Assembly (NCBI GenBank): GCA_045806985.1
Contig: JBJMIH010000081.1
Location: 7,669-71,668 of the forward strand
Length of the DNA stretch: 64,000 nt
Direction of reading: 5' to 3'
Origin: Mycobacteriales bacterium
Lineage (GTDB): Bacteria > Actinomycetota > Actinomycetes > Mycobacteriales > JBJMIH01
Below, in pieces: positions 27,107-35,744 of the stretch (position 1 is its first letter; each line of letters begins with the position of its first letter). The notes under the pieces were generated by a model. The model was not told the origin of the DNA and made no database searches. It saw only the letters and a program-made list of their open reading frames with translations. The translations under genes were made by a program, and so were the position numbers.

Positions 27107-29302
27107 ATGATCAAGCTGGCGGTGCGGTTGGCGGTCGGTGGCGGGCGCGAGCCGCTGGTCCGGCTGGCGGTGACGGCGGTCGGGGTGGGCATGGGCGCCG
27201 GGTTGCTGCTGCTCGCCGCGGTGGCATACCCGGCCCTGCACGCCCACGACAGGAGGGCCGCCTGGACCAGCACCGCCACCCGCAACGTGCAGCCGGCGCG
27301 GGCAGGCGACCCGGTGCTGTGGCGGATCCGGTACGACGCCTACGACGGCCGCGACATCACCTGGGTGGACGTGGCCGCGCTCGGCCCGCACCCGCCGGTG
27401 CCGCCCGGGCTGCGCCGGCTGCCCGGGCCCGGCGAGCTGGCCGCCTCCCCGGCGATGCGGCGGCTGCTCGGCGCCACCCCGGCCCGGCAGCTCGCCGCCC
27501 GGTACCCGGGCCGGCTGGTGGCCACCGTCGGCGACGACGCCCTGCTCGGGCCCGGCCAGCTCGTGCTGTACGCCGGCCACGACCCGGCCGAGCTGCGCGG
27601 CCAGCCCGGCGTGCAGGAGATCAGCAGCATCGAGAGCGCGCCGCGCACGGTGGCGCTGACCCGGTTCGGCCGGGTCGTGGTGGCCATCGCGGTCGTCGCG
27701 CTGCTGGTGCCGATCCTGGTGCTGGTCGCGACCGCCGCCCGGCTGGCGGCGGCCCGGCGCGAGCAGCGGCTGGCCGCGCTGCGGCTGGCCGGCGCCACCC
27801 CGCGGCAGACCCGCACCCTGGCCACCGTCGAGGCGGTGCTGGCCGCCACCGCCGGCACCGTGCTGGGCTTCGGGTTCTTCGCCGCCGCCCGCCCGCACGC
27901 CGCCCGGATCGACCTGGACGGCTCCCCGTTCTTCCCGTCCGACCTGCGGTTGACCTGGCCGGCGGCGGTACTGGTGGCGCTCGGCGTGCCGGCGCTGGCG
28001 GTGGCCGCCGCGCTGGTCTCGCTGCGGCGGGTACAGGTCTCGCCGCTGGGGGTGAGCCGGCGGACCGTACGCGGCCTGCCGACCTGGCGGCGGCTGGTTC
28101 CGCTGGCGGTGGGGCTGGTGGCGTTCGCCGCCTCGCTGCCCGTGCTGTCCGCCACCGAGGGCGACGGCGCGGTCGCCGCGACCTTCGCCATCGTCGGCCT
28201 GATCATCGCGGGTATCGCGATCGCCGGGCCGTGGCTGACGCTGTCCGCCGGCCGGCTCGTCGGCGCGCTGGCCCGCCGCCCGCCGGCGCTGCTCGCCGGC
28301 CGCCGCCTCGCGGACAGCCCGGCCGCCGGATTCCGGGCGATCAGCGGGCTGGTCCTCGCGGTGTTCGTGACCACACTGGTCAGCGAGTTCGTCCCGGCGG
28401 CGACCGCGCCCTACGCGGACACCGGCAACACCGTGCTGCCGGCCGGGACCGTCGCCGCGCTCACCATGGACGACCACCAGCCCGCCGCGGCTCCGCCGCT
28501 GGCCGCGGGCCGGGCCGCGCCGCTGCTCGCCTCGCTCGCCCGGATCCGCGGCGTGCGCAGGGTGGTCGACCTGCGCCTGGCGGGTAGCCGGCCGCCGGTG
28601 CTGGTGGCCCGGTGCGCCGGCCTGCGCGCCGCGCACCTGTTCAGCTGCCCGGACCCGGCCGCGACGGTGGCCATCGACCCCCGGCTCGACACCAAGCTGC
28701 TCGAGGTCGGCCCGGCCGCGCCGCCGGCCACCCCGGTACCGGCGGCGGCGCTGGACACGCTGCCGGTCGCGGCGGTACTGGTCACCACTGACAACCGCCG
28801 GTCCACGGTGGAGGCGGTGCGTACCGCGCTCGACCCGGTCGCCGGCGCGACCAGCGGGACCACGCCGCTCACCGCCGCCGACGTGAGTGCCGACGCGCGC
28901 CGCCAGGCCACCGAGCTGACCCGGCTCGGCAACGCCGGCCTGCTGGTGACGCTGCTGATCGCCGGGCTCAGCCTGGCGGTCTCGGTGGCCGGCGGGCTGC
29001 TCGACCGCGGCCGCCCGTTCGCGCTGCTCCGGCTGACCGGGATGCACCGCCGCGACCTGCACCGGGTGCTGCTGATCGAGACGGCGGTCCCGCTGTTCAC
29101 CGTCGCCCTGGCCAGCGTCGGCCTGGCCCTGGCAGTCTCCGGTTACGTGCTGTGGGTGCTGAACCAGGCCTGGCGGCTGCCGCAGCCGGCGTACTGGCCC
29201 ACCCTCGCCGCCGGCCTGCTGCTCGCCCTCGGCGTCGCCACCTCGGCCACCATGCCGATGCTCAACCGGATCACCACCCGGGAGACGGTCCGCTTCGAGT
29301 GA
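27107..29302 (+). CDS. FtsX-like ABC transporter permease with no adjacent ATPase
   Basis: RREQRLAALRLAGAT and LDRGRPFALLRLTGM FtsX repeats; TATAGT 6 nt before the ATG. Confidence 0.85.
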   Translation: MIKLAVRLAVGGGREPLVRLAVTAVGVGMGAGLLLLAAVAYPALHAHDRRAAWTSTATRNVQPARAGDPVLWRIRYDAYDGRDITWVDVAALGPHPPVPPGLRRLPGPGELAASPAMRRLLGATPARQLAARYPGRLVATVGDDALLGPGQLVLYAGHDPAELRGQPGVQEISSIESAPRTVALTRFGRVVVAIAVVALLVPILVLVATAARLAAARREQRLAALRLAGATPRQTRTLATVEAVLAATAGTVLGFGFFAAARPHAARIDLDGSPFFPSDLRLTWPAAVLVALGVPALAVAAALVSLRRVQVSPLGVSRRTVRGLPTWRRLVPLAVGLVAFAASLPVLSATEGDGAVAATFAIVGLIIAGIAIAGPWLTLSAGRLVGALARRPPALLAGRRLADSPAAGFRAISGLVLAVFVTTLVSEFVPAATAPYADTGNTVLPAGTVAALTMDDHQPAAAPPLAAGRAAPLLASLARIRGVRRVVDLRLAGSRPPVLVARCAGLRAAHLFSCPDPAATVAIDPRLDTKLLEVGPAAPPATPVPAAALDTLPVAAVLVTTDNRRSTVEAVRTALDPVAGATSGTTPLTAADVSADARRQATELTRLGNAGLLVTLLIAGLSLAVSVAGGLLDRGRPFALLRLTGMHRRDLHRVLLIETAVPLFTVALASVGLALAVSGYVLWVLNQAWRLPQPAYWPTLAAGLLLALGVATSATMPMLNRITTRETVRFE

Positions 29303-29376
29303 CCGGCAAGTGGCCCACTCCTCCGCGGGCCGATTGGAGCTGATGAGTAGCCCACTCGGCCCCTAGCGTCGTAGCC

Positions 29377-30585
29377 ATGACCAGCGAACAGACTTCCGCC
29401 GCGCGGCCGAGGCTCGTCACCCGCGCGCTGCTGCTGCGCTTCGTGTCCATCGTCGGCTCGGCCACCAGCTTCTACCTGCTGCTGTCCGTCGTCCCGCTGT
29501 ACGCGCAGTCCACCGGCGCCGGCGGCAGCGCGGCGGGCCTGGTCACCGGCGCGCTGATGCTCACCACCGTGGCCGGCGAGCTGGCCACCCCCCGGCTGCT
29601 GGCCCGGTTCGGGTACCGGTGGGTCGCCGGCGCCGGCCTGGTCCTGCTCGGCGCGCCCGCGCTGGCGCTGATCGGCTCGGCCAGCATGGCCATGATCACC
29701 GCCGTCTGCCTGGTCCGCGGGCTGGGCTTCGCGGTCATCACCGTGGCTGGCGGCGCGCTGACCGCCTCGCTCATCCCGTCCGAGCGGCGCGGCGAGGGCC
29801 TGGCGCTGGTCGGCGTGGTCGCCGGGGTGCCGGCGCTGGTCGCCCTGCCGCTCGGCGTGTGGCTGGCCGAGCACGTGGGCTTCACCTCGGTGTTCGTGGC
29901 CGCGGCGGTCGCGGCGCTGGTCGCGGTGGGTGTCGTGCCGTTCCTGCCGGACGTCGAGCGGCCGGCCGGCGGCGAGCGGCGCGAGGACGGCGTGGTGGCC
30001 GGCCTGCGTACCCCCGCGCTGGTCCGCCCGTCGCTGGTGTTCGCCACCACCGCGATGGCGGCCGGCATCGTCGTCACCTTCCTGCCGCTGGCCGGCGCCT
30101 CCGGCGGCGTGGTCGCGCTGGCGCTGTTCGTCCAGGCCACCGCCACCACCGCCGCCCGCTGGCTGGCCGGCCGGTACGGCGACCGGCACGGCTCGGCCGG
30201 CCTGCTCACCCCCGGCCTGGTCGCCTCCGCGGCCGGCATCCTGCTGCTGGCGCTGGGCGGGCTGGCCCCGCTCGCCGGCACCGTCGCCGTGCTCGCCGGG
30301 TCGGCGCTGTTCGGGGCCGGCTTCGGGATCAGCCAGAACGCCTCGCTCGCGGTGATGTACCAGCGGGTGCCCCGGTCCGGGTACGGCACCGTCAGCGCCC
30401 TGTGGAACACCGCCTACGACGCCGGCATGGGCGTGGGCGCGACCGGGTTCGGCGTGCTGGCCGCCGGTACCGGAAGCCCGGCGGCTTTCGGCCTGACCGC
30501 GGTGCTGATGCTGGCCGCGCTGGCGCCGGCCGCCCGCGACCGCGCCGTGCGCCGGTCGGCCACCCCGCTCGCCGCCACCAGCTGA
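29377..30585 (+). CDS. MFS transporter
   Basis: About 12 TM helices, AGRYGDRHG, SALWNTAYDAG. Confidence 0.88.
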   Translation: MTSEQTSAARPRLVTRALLLRFVSIVGSATSFYLLLSVVPLYAQSTGAGGSAAGLVTGALMLTTVAGELATPRLLARFGYRWVAGAGLVLLGAPALALIGSASMAMITAVCLVRGLGFAVITVAGGALTASLIPSERRGEGLALVGVVAGVPALVALPLGVWLAEHVGFTSVFVAAAVAALVAVGVVPFLPDVERPAGGERREDGVVAGLRTPALVRPSLVFATTAMAAGIVVTFLPLAGASGGVVALALFVQATATTAARWLAGRYGDRHGSAGLLTPGLVASAAGILLLALGGLAPLAGTVAVLAGSALFGAGFGISQNASLAVMYQRVPRSGYGTVSALWNTAYDAGMGVGATGFGVLAAGTGSPAAFGLTAVLMLAALAPAARDRAVRRSATPLAATS

Positions 30586-30599
30586 ACCCACGACGCACC

Positions 30600-30639
30600 C
30601 GCACCCGCCGGCCTGGGCACCAGGGAGCCGGCGGGTGCG
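30600..30639. terminator. Stem-loop between convergent genes
   Basis: CGCACCCGCCGGC / GCCGGCGGGTGCG perfect 13-bp stem. Confidence 0.65.
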
Positions 30640-30656
30640 AGCGGTCGGTGACCGGG

Positions 30657-31112
30657 TCAGTGGCCGCAGCGGGGCGGCGCCACCGGCAGGTCCACGGAGG
30701 CGTGCACGACCTCGCCGGTCACCTTGCTGACCGCGTGCGCGGCCAGGTGCGAGGGGCCGCCCTGGTACAGCACCATGTGGACCTCGCGGATCCCGGCCGC
30801 AGTCGCGGTCGAGTCGCCGTCGAAGAAGACGGTGGTGTTGTCGTAGGTGAACACCACCGTCCACACCTGGCCGGCGGGGACGTTGCTGATCTCGAACTCC
30901 TCGCCGACCACGACCTGGCCCGCGGTGTTGTCGTCGTACATGGACTTGAGCGTGAACGGGCTGCCCTGGCTACCGTGACCGCTGGTCATCACGGGATCGC
31001 CGCAGGGCCGCCTGCTGCCCTGGGCGGCCGCCGGCGAGGCGGAGGACAACACGCCGATGAGCGACACGGCCGCGGCGGCCACGACGAGGAGCATGAGGGG
31101 ACGCTTGCGCAT
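30657..31112 (-). CDS. Secreted hypothetical protein (151 aa, beta-rich, two Cys)
   Basis: Signal peptide MRKRPL..ASPAAA; AAAGGGA RBS; normal codon bias. Confidence 0.75.
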   Translation of the reverse strand: MRKRPLMLLVVAAAAVSLIGVLSSASPAAAQGSRRPCGDPVMTSGHGSQGSPFTLKSMYDDNTAGQVVVGEEFEISNVPAGQVWTVVFTYDNTTVFFDGDSTATAAGIREVHMVLYQGGPSHLAAHAVSKVTGEVVHASVDLPVAPPRCGH

Positions 31113-31190
31113 GGAGTTCCCTTTCCGGGAGACAACCTTCCGTCCATCGATACGAGCCCTGGTTACAAACCGGCGGCTATCGTGACCGGC

Positions 31191-32189
31191 GTGAGCAGGA
31201 CCACCCGGCCACCCGGGTACGACGTGACCGCGCTGTTCCCCGGCATCGCGGCGCACGCGGCAACCGCCACCCGGCTGCACCCGCGCCCCGGCGCGCCGGA
31301 CCCGTACCGGAGCCACGTCGGCGGCCCGCTGCGGTGGCCGGCCGGCGAGCCGTGGCCGGCCTGCGCGGCCGACCACCTGGTACCCGTGGAGATCCCGGTG
31401 CCGGCGGCGGTGCGGGACCGGCTGAAGGTCACCAACCTGACCAGGGACTGGCCCCGGTACCAGGCCGCGATCGCGGAGTTGGCCAGCGAGATCCCCGGCT
31501 TCGGCGGCGTGGACCGCCGCCGCGGAACGGCGCTGGGCCACGCCACGCTGCCGGCGCGCGAACCCAGCCCGCTGGTGCCGGTGGCGCAGCTGCACGCCGC
31601 CGACGTGCCCGACCTGGGCGCGCCGGCCGGGGCCGACCTGTTGCAGGTGCTGTGGTGTCCCAACGACCACGACACCGGCGCCGAGGCCTGGACGCCGGCC
31701 GTGACGCTGCGCTGGCGGCGCGCGGCGGACGTGCCCGAGGTGCTGGCCGAACCGCCCGCGCCGGTGGTCGCCAGCGAGGCGCGGTACCTGCCGCGGCCGT
31801 GCGTCCTGCACCCCGAGCGGGTGGTGGAGTACCCGTGGTGGCAGGACCTGCCGGCCGAACTGGGGCAGCGGGTCCGGACGTGGGACGGCCAGCACGACGG
31901 CCTGTACCACCGCCAGCTGGCCACCGCCCCGGGGTGGAAGGTCGGTGGCTGGCCGCCGTGGCCCACCACCGACCCGATCCCCCGTTACTGCGTGCGCTGT
32001 GCCGCGCCCATGCGGCACCTGCTCCAGATCGACAGCGGCGAGTGGGGTGACGCGCGGCGCTGGCGGCCGGCCGGCGACGCCGGCGCGGTCGCCGAGCCGA
32101 CCGGCGTCATCGCCGGGCGGACCGGGCTGTACCGGATCTTCCACTGCCCGGCCTGCCCGGACGCGCCGGTGCTCACCGACCCGCAGTGA
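31191..32189 (+). CDS. Hypothetical protein, YwqG/DUF1963-like
   Basis: RLHPRPG, SHVGGPL.WP, LLQVLWCP, GWKVGGWP, CxxC pairs. Confidence 0.65.
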   Translation: MSRTTRPPGYDVTALFPGIAAHAATATRLHPRPGAPDPYRSHVGGPLRWPAGEPWPACAADHLVPVEIPVPAAVRDRLKVTNLTRDWPRYQAAIAELASEIPGFGGVDRRRGTALGHATLPAREPSPLVPVAQLHAADVPDLGAPAGADLLQVLWCPNDHDTGAEAWTPAVTLRWRRAADVPEVLAEPPAPVVASEARYLPRPCVLHPERVVEYPWWQDLPAELGQRVRTWDGQHDGLYHRQLATAPGWKVGGWPPWPTTDPIPRYCVRCAAPMRHLLQIDSGEWGDARRWRPAGDAGAVAEPTGVIAGRTGLYRIFHCPACPDAPVLTDPQ

Positions 32190-33573
32190 GCAGTGCGCGG
32201 GCCGCGTCGATCGCCGAGTCCTGGTTGGCGGCCAGCTCCGCATCGGTGAAGACCGGCGTCAGGACGTCCGGCGGGATGCCAGGCCCGTCGAAGGTACGGC
32301 CGTCGCGGGTGAGGAACTCCTCGTTGGGCAGCTCGAAGCGGAAGCCGTCCGGCAGCAGCCGCTTGAGCACGTCGGAGAACACGCCCTGGGTGGGCAGCCC
32401 GATCCGGGTCGGCGCCGGCGTGCGGCCCATCAGCGCCTGGGTGAAGGTCTCCCCCGCGCTGGCCGTCAGGTCACTGGTCAGCAGCGCGACCGGACCGGTG
32501 TAGGCGGGCGCGTGCCGGTCCGGCCGGACCGCGATCCGCTGGAGCGCGGTGTGGCGGGTGGGGTCGGCGGGATCGTTGCGGGCCCGCTTGGCGTAGGCCA
32601 GGTACGGCCGGCCGGTCAGCCGGGCGGCGACCGCCAGCCCGAGCGCGTCGTCCCCGCCCGGGTTGTACCGCACGTCGACGATGAGCCCGCGCAGGTCGCC
32701 GGCGCGCTGCGCGGTGAACACCGCGTCCAGCGCGCGGTCCAGCTCGGCCCGGTCCTCGGCGTAGGAGCCGTCGCCGCCCGGCACGTAGTCGCCGAACGAG
32801 CCGATCCGCAGGTACCCGAGCTGGCCGGGCAGGTCAGCGTACGCGATCTCGCCGCCGCCCCAGGTCTGCGGCGTCACCCCGAGATGCGCCACGATCGCCG
32901 CCTCGGTCCTGGCCTCGAACTCCGGCGAGCCGGCCCGGGTGCCCGGACGCTGGCCCCCGAACTGGTGCGCCCGGTCGGTGCCGACGCTGGTGTGCGCGTC
33001 CCCGAGCGGGGCGATCATGTCCACGAAGATCTGGAACAGCTGCTGCTGGGTGGTGTCGGCGGTGACCAGCGGCCGGTACCGGTCGCGGACCGCCTGCCAG
33101 TCGACGTGCTTGGCGGCGAAGAACGGGTAGTTCTCGGCGTACGTGGTCCAGAAGATGTCGAAGGAGGTGAGCGGGTCGGTCGGGGTGGGCCGCGCGCAGC
33201 GGGCGGGCAGCGCGGGCAGGCGTACCAGGCCGATGTCGCCGGCGGCGCCCCAGGAGTGCAGCCGGGCACGGTCGCGGCCGGTCCGCCACGCGGACGCGCC
33301 GACCACGCCGTCCGCGCCGAAGTCGACCACGCCGCCGCGGCGCACCGGGCCGATCTGGTCGGCGGTCTGCGCGAGCAGGCAGCTGATCCCGGTGGTCTGG
33401 TACACCTCGCCGCGGCCGCCCGAGATGGCGATGATCATGCCGTAGCCGTCGGTGCGCCAGACGCCGTCCACCGGTCCGCCGGCCGGGTCCGCGCCGGCCG
33501 GAGCGGCCGGAGCGGCCGCCAGCAGTACCGTCGCGGCCGCGACGAGTGTCGCGGCCGTAGGGAGAAGTCTCAT
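32173..33573 (-). CDS. Secreted S41 family peptidase
   Basis: ENYPFF, GYLRI, DVRYNPGG, TASAGE, GIPPDV. Confidence 0.9.
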   Translation of the reverse strand: MRLLPTAATLVAAATVLLAAAPAAPAGADPAGGPVDGVWRTDGYGMIIAISGGRGEVYQTTGISCLLAQTADQIGPVRRGGVVDFGADGVVGASAWRTGRDRARLHSWGAAGDIGLVRLPALPARCARPTPTDPLTSFDIFWTTYAENYPFFAAKHVDWQAVRDRYRPLVTADTTQQQLFQIFVDMIAPLGDAHTSVGTDRAHQFGGQRPGTRAGSPEFEARTEAAIVAHLGVTPQTWGGGEIAYADLPGQLGYLRIGSFGDYVPGGDGSYAEDRAELDRALDAVFTAQRAGDLRGLIVDVRYNPGGDDALGLAVAARLTGRPYLAYAKRARNDPADPTRHTALQRIAVRPDRHAPAYTGPVALLTSDLTASAGETFTQALMGRTPAPTRIGLPTQGVFSDVLKRLLPDGFRFELPNEEFLTRDGRTFDGPGIPPDVLTPVFTDAELAANQDSAIDAARALLTAGR

Positions 33574-33726
33574 GATCCGACGCTAGGAATCCCCGCCCGC
33601 GGGGGCATCGGTCCCCGGGCCGACCTCGCGTCGTCGATTCGACGACCTCATGCCGGGGATCATCAAGGACAGCCTCGTGCCCGATCCGTGTGGGAAACGT
33701 GTGGATTGCGAGGATAGTCTCCGGCC

Positions 33727-34515
33727 ATGCGGAGACTGATCGTGTTGAGTGTGGCCTGTGTGGCGCTCGTCATGGGTTTCGGGGCGGTGCGGTCCGACGC
33801 CGTCGTCGGCGGGAGCACGGTGGCGGCCAGTGCCTACCCGTGGCTGGCCGCCGTCGGCTCGCCGGGGTACGTGACCAGGGACTCCGGCCAGTTCTGCGGC
33901 GGTGCGCTGGTCGCGCCGGACAAGGTGCTGACCGCCGCGCACTGCGTCACCGACTTCGAGTACTTCCCGTGGGCCCTGCGGGTCGAGTTCGGCGCCTCGG
34001 ACCTGGCCAAGGACAAGGGGCAGACGGTGTGGGCCGACGACATCTGGATCGACCCGCACTTCGGCACCTCGAAGTTCCAGGGCACCGAGGTGGACCACAA
34101 CGACGTCGCGGTGATCACCCTGGACAGCAAGGTGAACCGCCCGCTGGTGCCGCTGGTGACCGCCGACCAGACCGGGCTGTACCAGGCCGGCGCACCCGCC
34201 ACGATCCTCGGCTGGGGCACCACCTCGGAGTCCGACGACGCCAACACGGTGCTGCACCAGGCGCAGCTGCCGCTGGTCGCCGACAGCGGGTGCCAGGCCA
34301 GCTACGGGTCCAGCTTCGTGGCCAGCCAGATGGTGTGCGCGGGGCTGCCGCAGGGCGGGGTGGACACCTGTGAGTACGACAGCGGCGGGCCGCTGCTGGT
34401 CGGCGGCGTGGTGGCCGGGATCACGTCGTGGGGCAAGGGCTGCGCCGAGGCCGGATACCCCGGCACGTACGCGCGGCTGACCAGCTACATCACGGAGATC
34501 CGCGCCCACCTGTGA
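33727..34515 (+). CDS. Secreted trypsin-like (S1) serine protease
   Basis: VVGG mature N-terminus, CGGALV, LTAAHC, NDVAV, DTCEYDSGGP, SWG. Confidence 0.92.
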   Translation: MRRLIVLSVACVALVMGFGAVRSDAVVGGSTVAASAYPWLAAVGSPGYVTRDSGQFCGGALVAPDKVLTAAHCVTDFEYFPWALRVEFGASDLAKDKGQTVWADDIWIDPHFGTSKFQGTEVDHNDVAVITLDSKVNRPLVPLVTADQTGLYQAGAPATILGWGTTSESDDANTVLHQAQLPLVADSGCQASYGSSFVASQMVCAGLPQGGVDTCEYDSGGPLLVGGVVAGITSWGKGCAEAGYPGTYARLTSYITEIRAHL

Positions 34516-34592
34516 GCGCGGAGAAGTGGCGCTCGGTAGCCGCCCGCGCGACCGTGAGGGTGTCGAAGTTCTCCCGTGAGGAGGGAGCGGAG

Positions 34593-34787
34593 ATGGCTCA
34601 GGCAAGTTTCATCGAGGTGCAGAAGTGCCTGTCCGGCGTGGACTACCCGGCGAGCAGGGACGACCTGGTGAAGCACGCGAAGGGGCAGGGAGCCGACGAC
34701 AAGTTGCTCGACATCCTGCGCCGGATCCCCGATCGGCGTTACGACGGCCCGAACGCGGTGAGCAGCGAGGTCGCCGGCAACAGCTGA
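34593..34787 (+). CDS. DUF2795-like small protein
   Basis: VQKCLSGVDYPASRDDLV..GAD. Confidence 0.8.
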   Translation: MAQASFIEVQKCLSGVDYPASRDDLVKHAKGQGADDKLLDILRRIPDRRYDGPNAVSSEVAGNS

Positions 34788-34816
34788 CAGCCTGAATCCG
34801 AGACGCCGCGCGGCGG

Positions 34817-35581
34817 TCACCGCCGCGTGGCGTCGCTCATCTCCACGGCGGGCGCGGCGGCGAGGCGGCGTGCGTGCAGGCTGCCGGCCAGCGCGCCGGC
34901 AAACAGGCCGGCGGCGGAGTCGAGGACGAGCGACGTGATGAGGCCGTGCCTCGCGTACCAGAACATGCCGAACGCCGTGCCGGCCGTCCACAGCCCGAGA
35001 GTCCAGGCGCACAGCGCCGCGGTGGTACCGGCCGTCACCGGGAACCGCGGGGCCGCCGGGTCGTACAGCGCCCGTGTCCTGGCCAGCCGCACCAGCACCG
35101 CCACGCTCACGGCGGCGCCGGCCACGCTGCTGAGGACCTGCGGCGACAGGTACCCGCCGTGCTCGACCCAGGACCGCAGCCAACCCACCCTGGCCACGAA
35201 CCAGCCCCACCGATGGGTGGCGTTGTCCCAGATCACGTGCGACCAGGTGCCGGCCAGCGCGCTGCACACCGACACCCACCAGGGGTGCCGGTGGACGGCG
35301 AGGGAAGCGTAGTCGCGCAGGCCGGCGCCGGGCAGGTGCGCGGCGACCGGCGCCGCGACGACCCGCCGGATCAGCCAGCCGAGCACCAGCGTCACCGGCA
35401 GGCACCACCAGAACTGCGCCAGCGGCTGGTGCGCGTGGATGTACCACGGTGTCCCGGCGAGCGGGAACGTCAGGTCCGGAGCGCTCGCCCCGACCGCGAG
35501 CGCCACCCCGTCCACCCGCAGCCGCCGCTGGAGGCGCAGCGGCAGCACCGCACCCTGATGCGACACGAACGTGAACGGCAC
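34817..35581 (-). CDS. DUF4184-like membrane protein
   Basis: MPFT..SH..AVLP, GASAPD, SHVIWDNATH. Confidence 0.8.
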   Translation of the reverse strand: MPFTFVSHQGAVLPLRLQRRLRVDGVALAVGASAPDLTFPLAGTPWYIHAHQPLAQFWWCLPVTLVLGWLIRRVVAAPVAAHLPGAGLRDYASLAVHRHPWWVSVCSALAGTWSHVIWDNATHRWGWFVARVGWLRSWVEHGGYLSPQVLSSVAGAAVSVAVLVRLARTRALYDPAAPRFPVTAGTTAALCAWTLGLWTAGTAFGMFWYARHGLITSLVLDSAAGLFAGALAGSLHARRLAAAPAVEMSDATRR

Positions 35582-35744
35582 GCCCTGCCACCTCCCCTTT
35601 CCGCACCACGTGACCTGTCAAACGCGGCCCGGTGCCGGCACGTTGCGTGACCGCCGAGGTGTCCGGTCGGTGACTGTTCGGCCCGTGATGGGGTGGGTTG
35701 GGGCTAGCCTGGTTGCTCCGGGGTGGTGGGGCGGTAGTGCGGCG

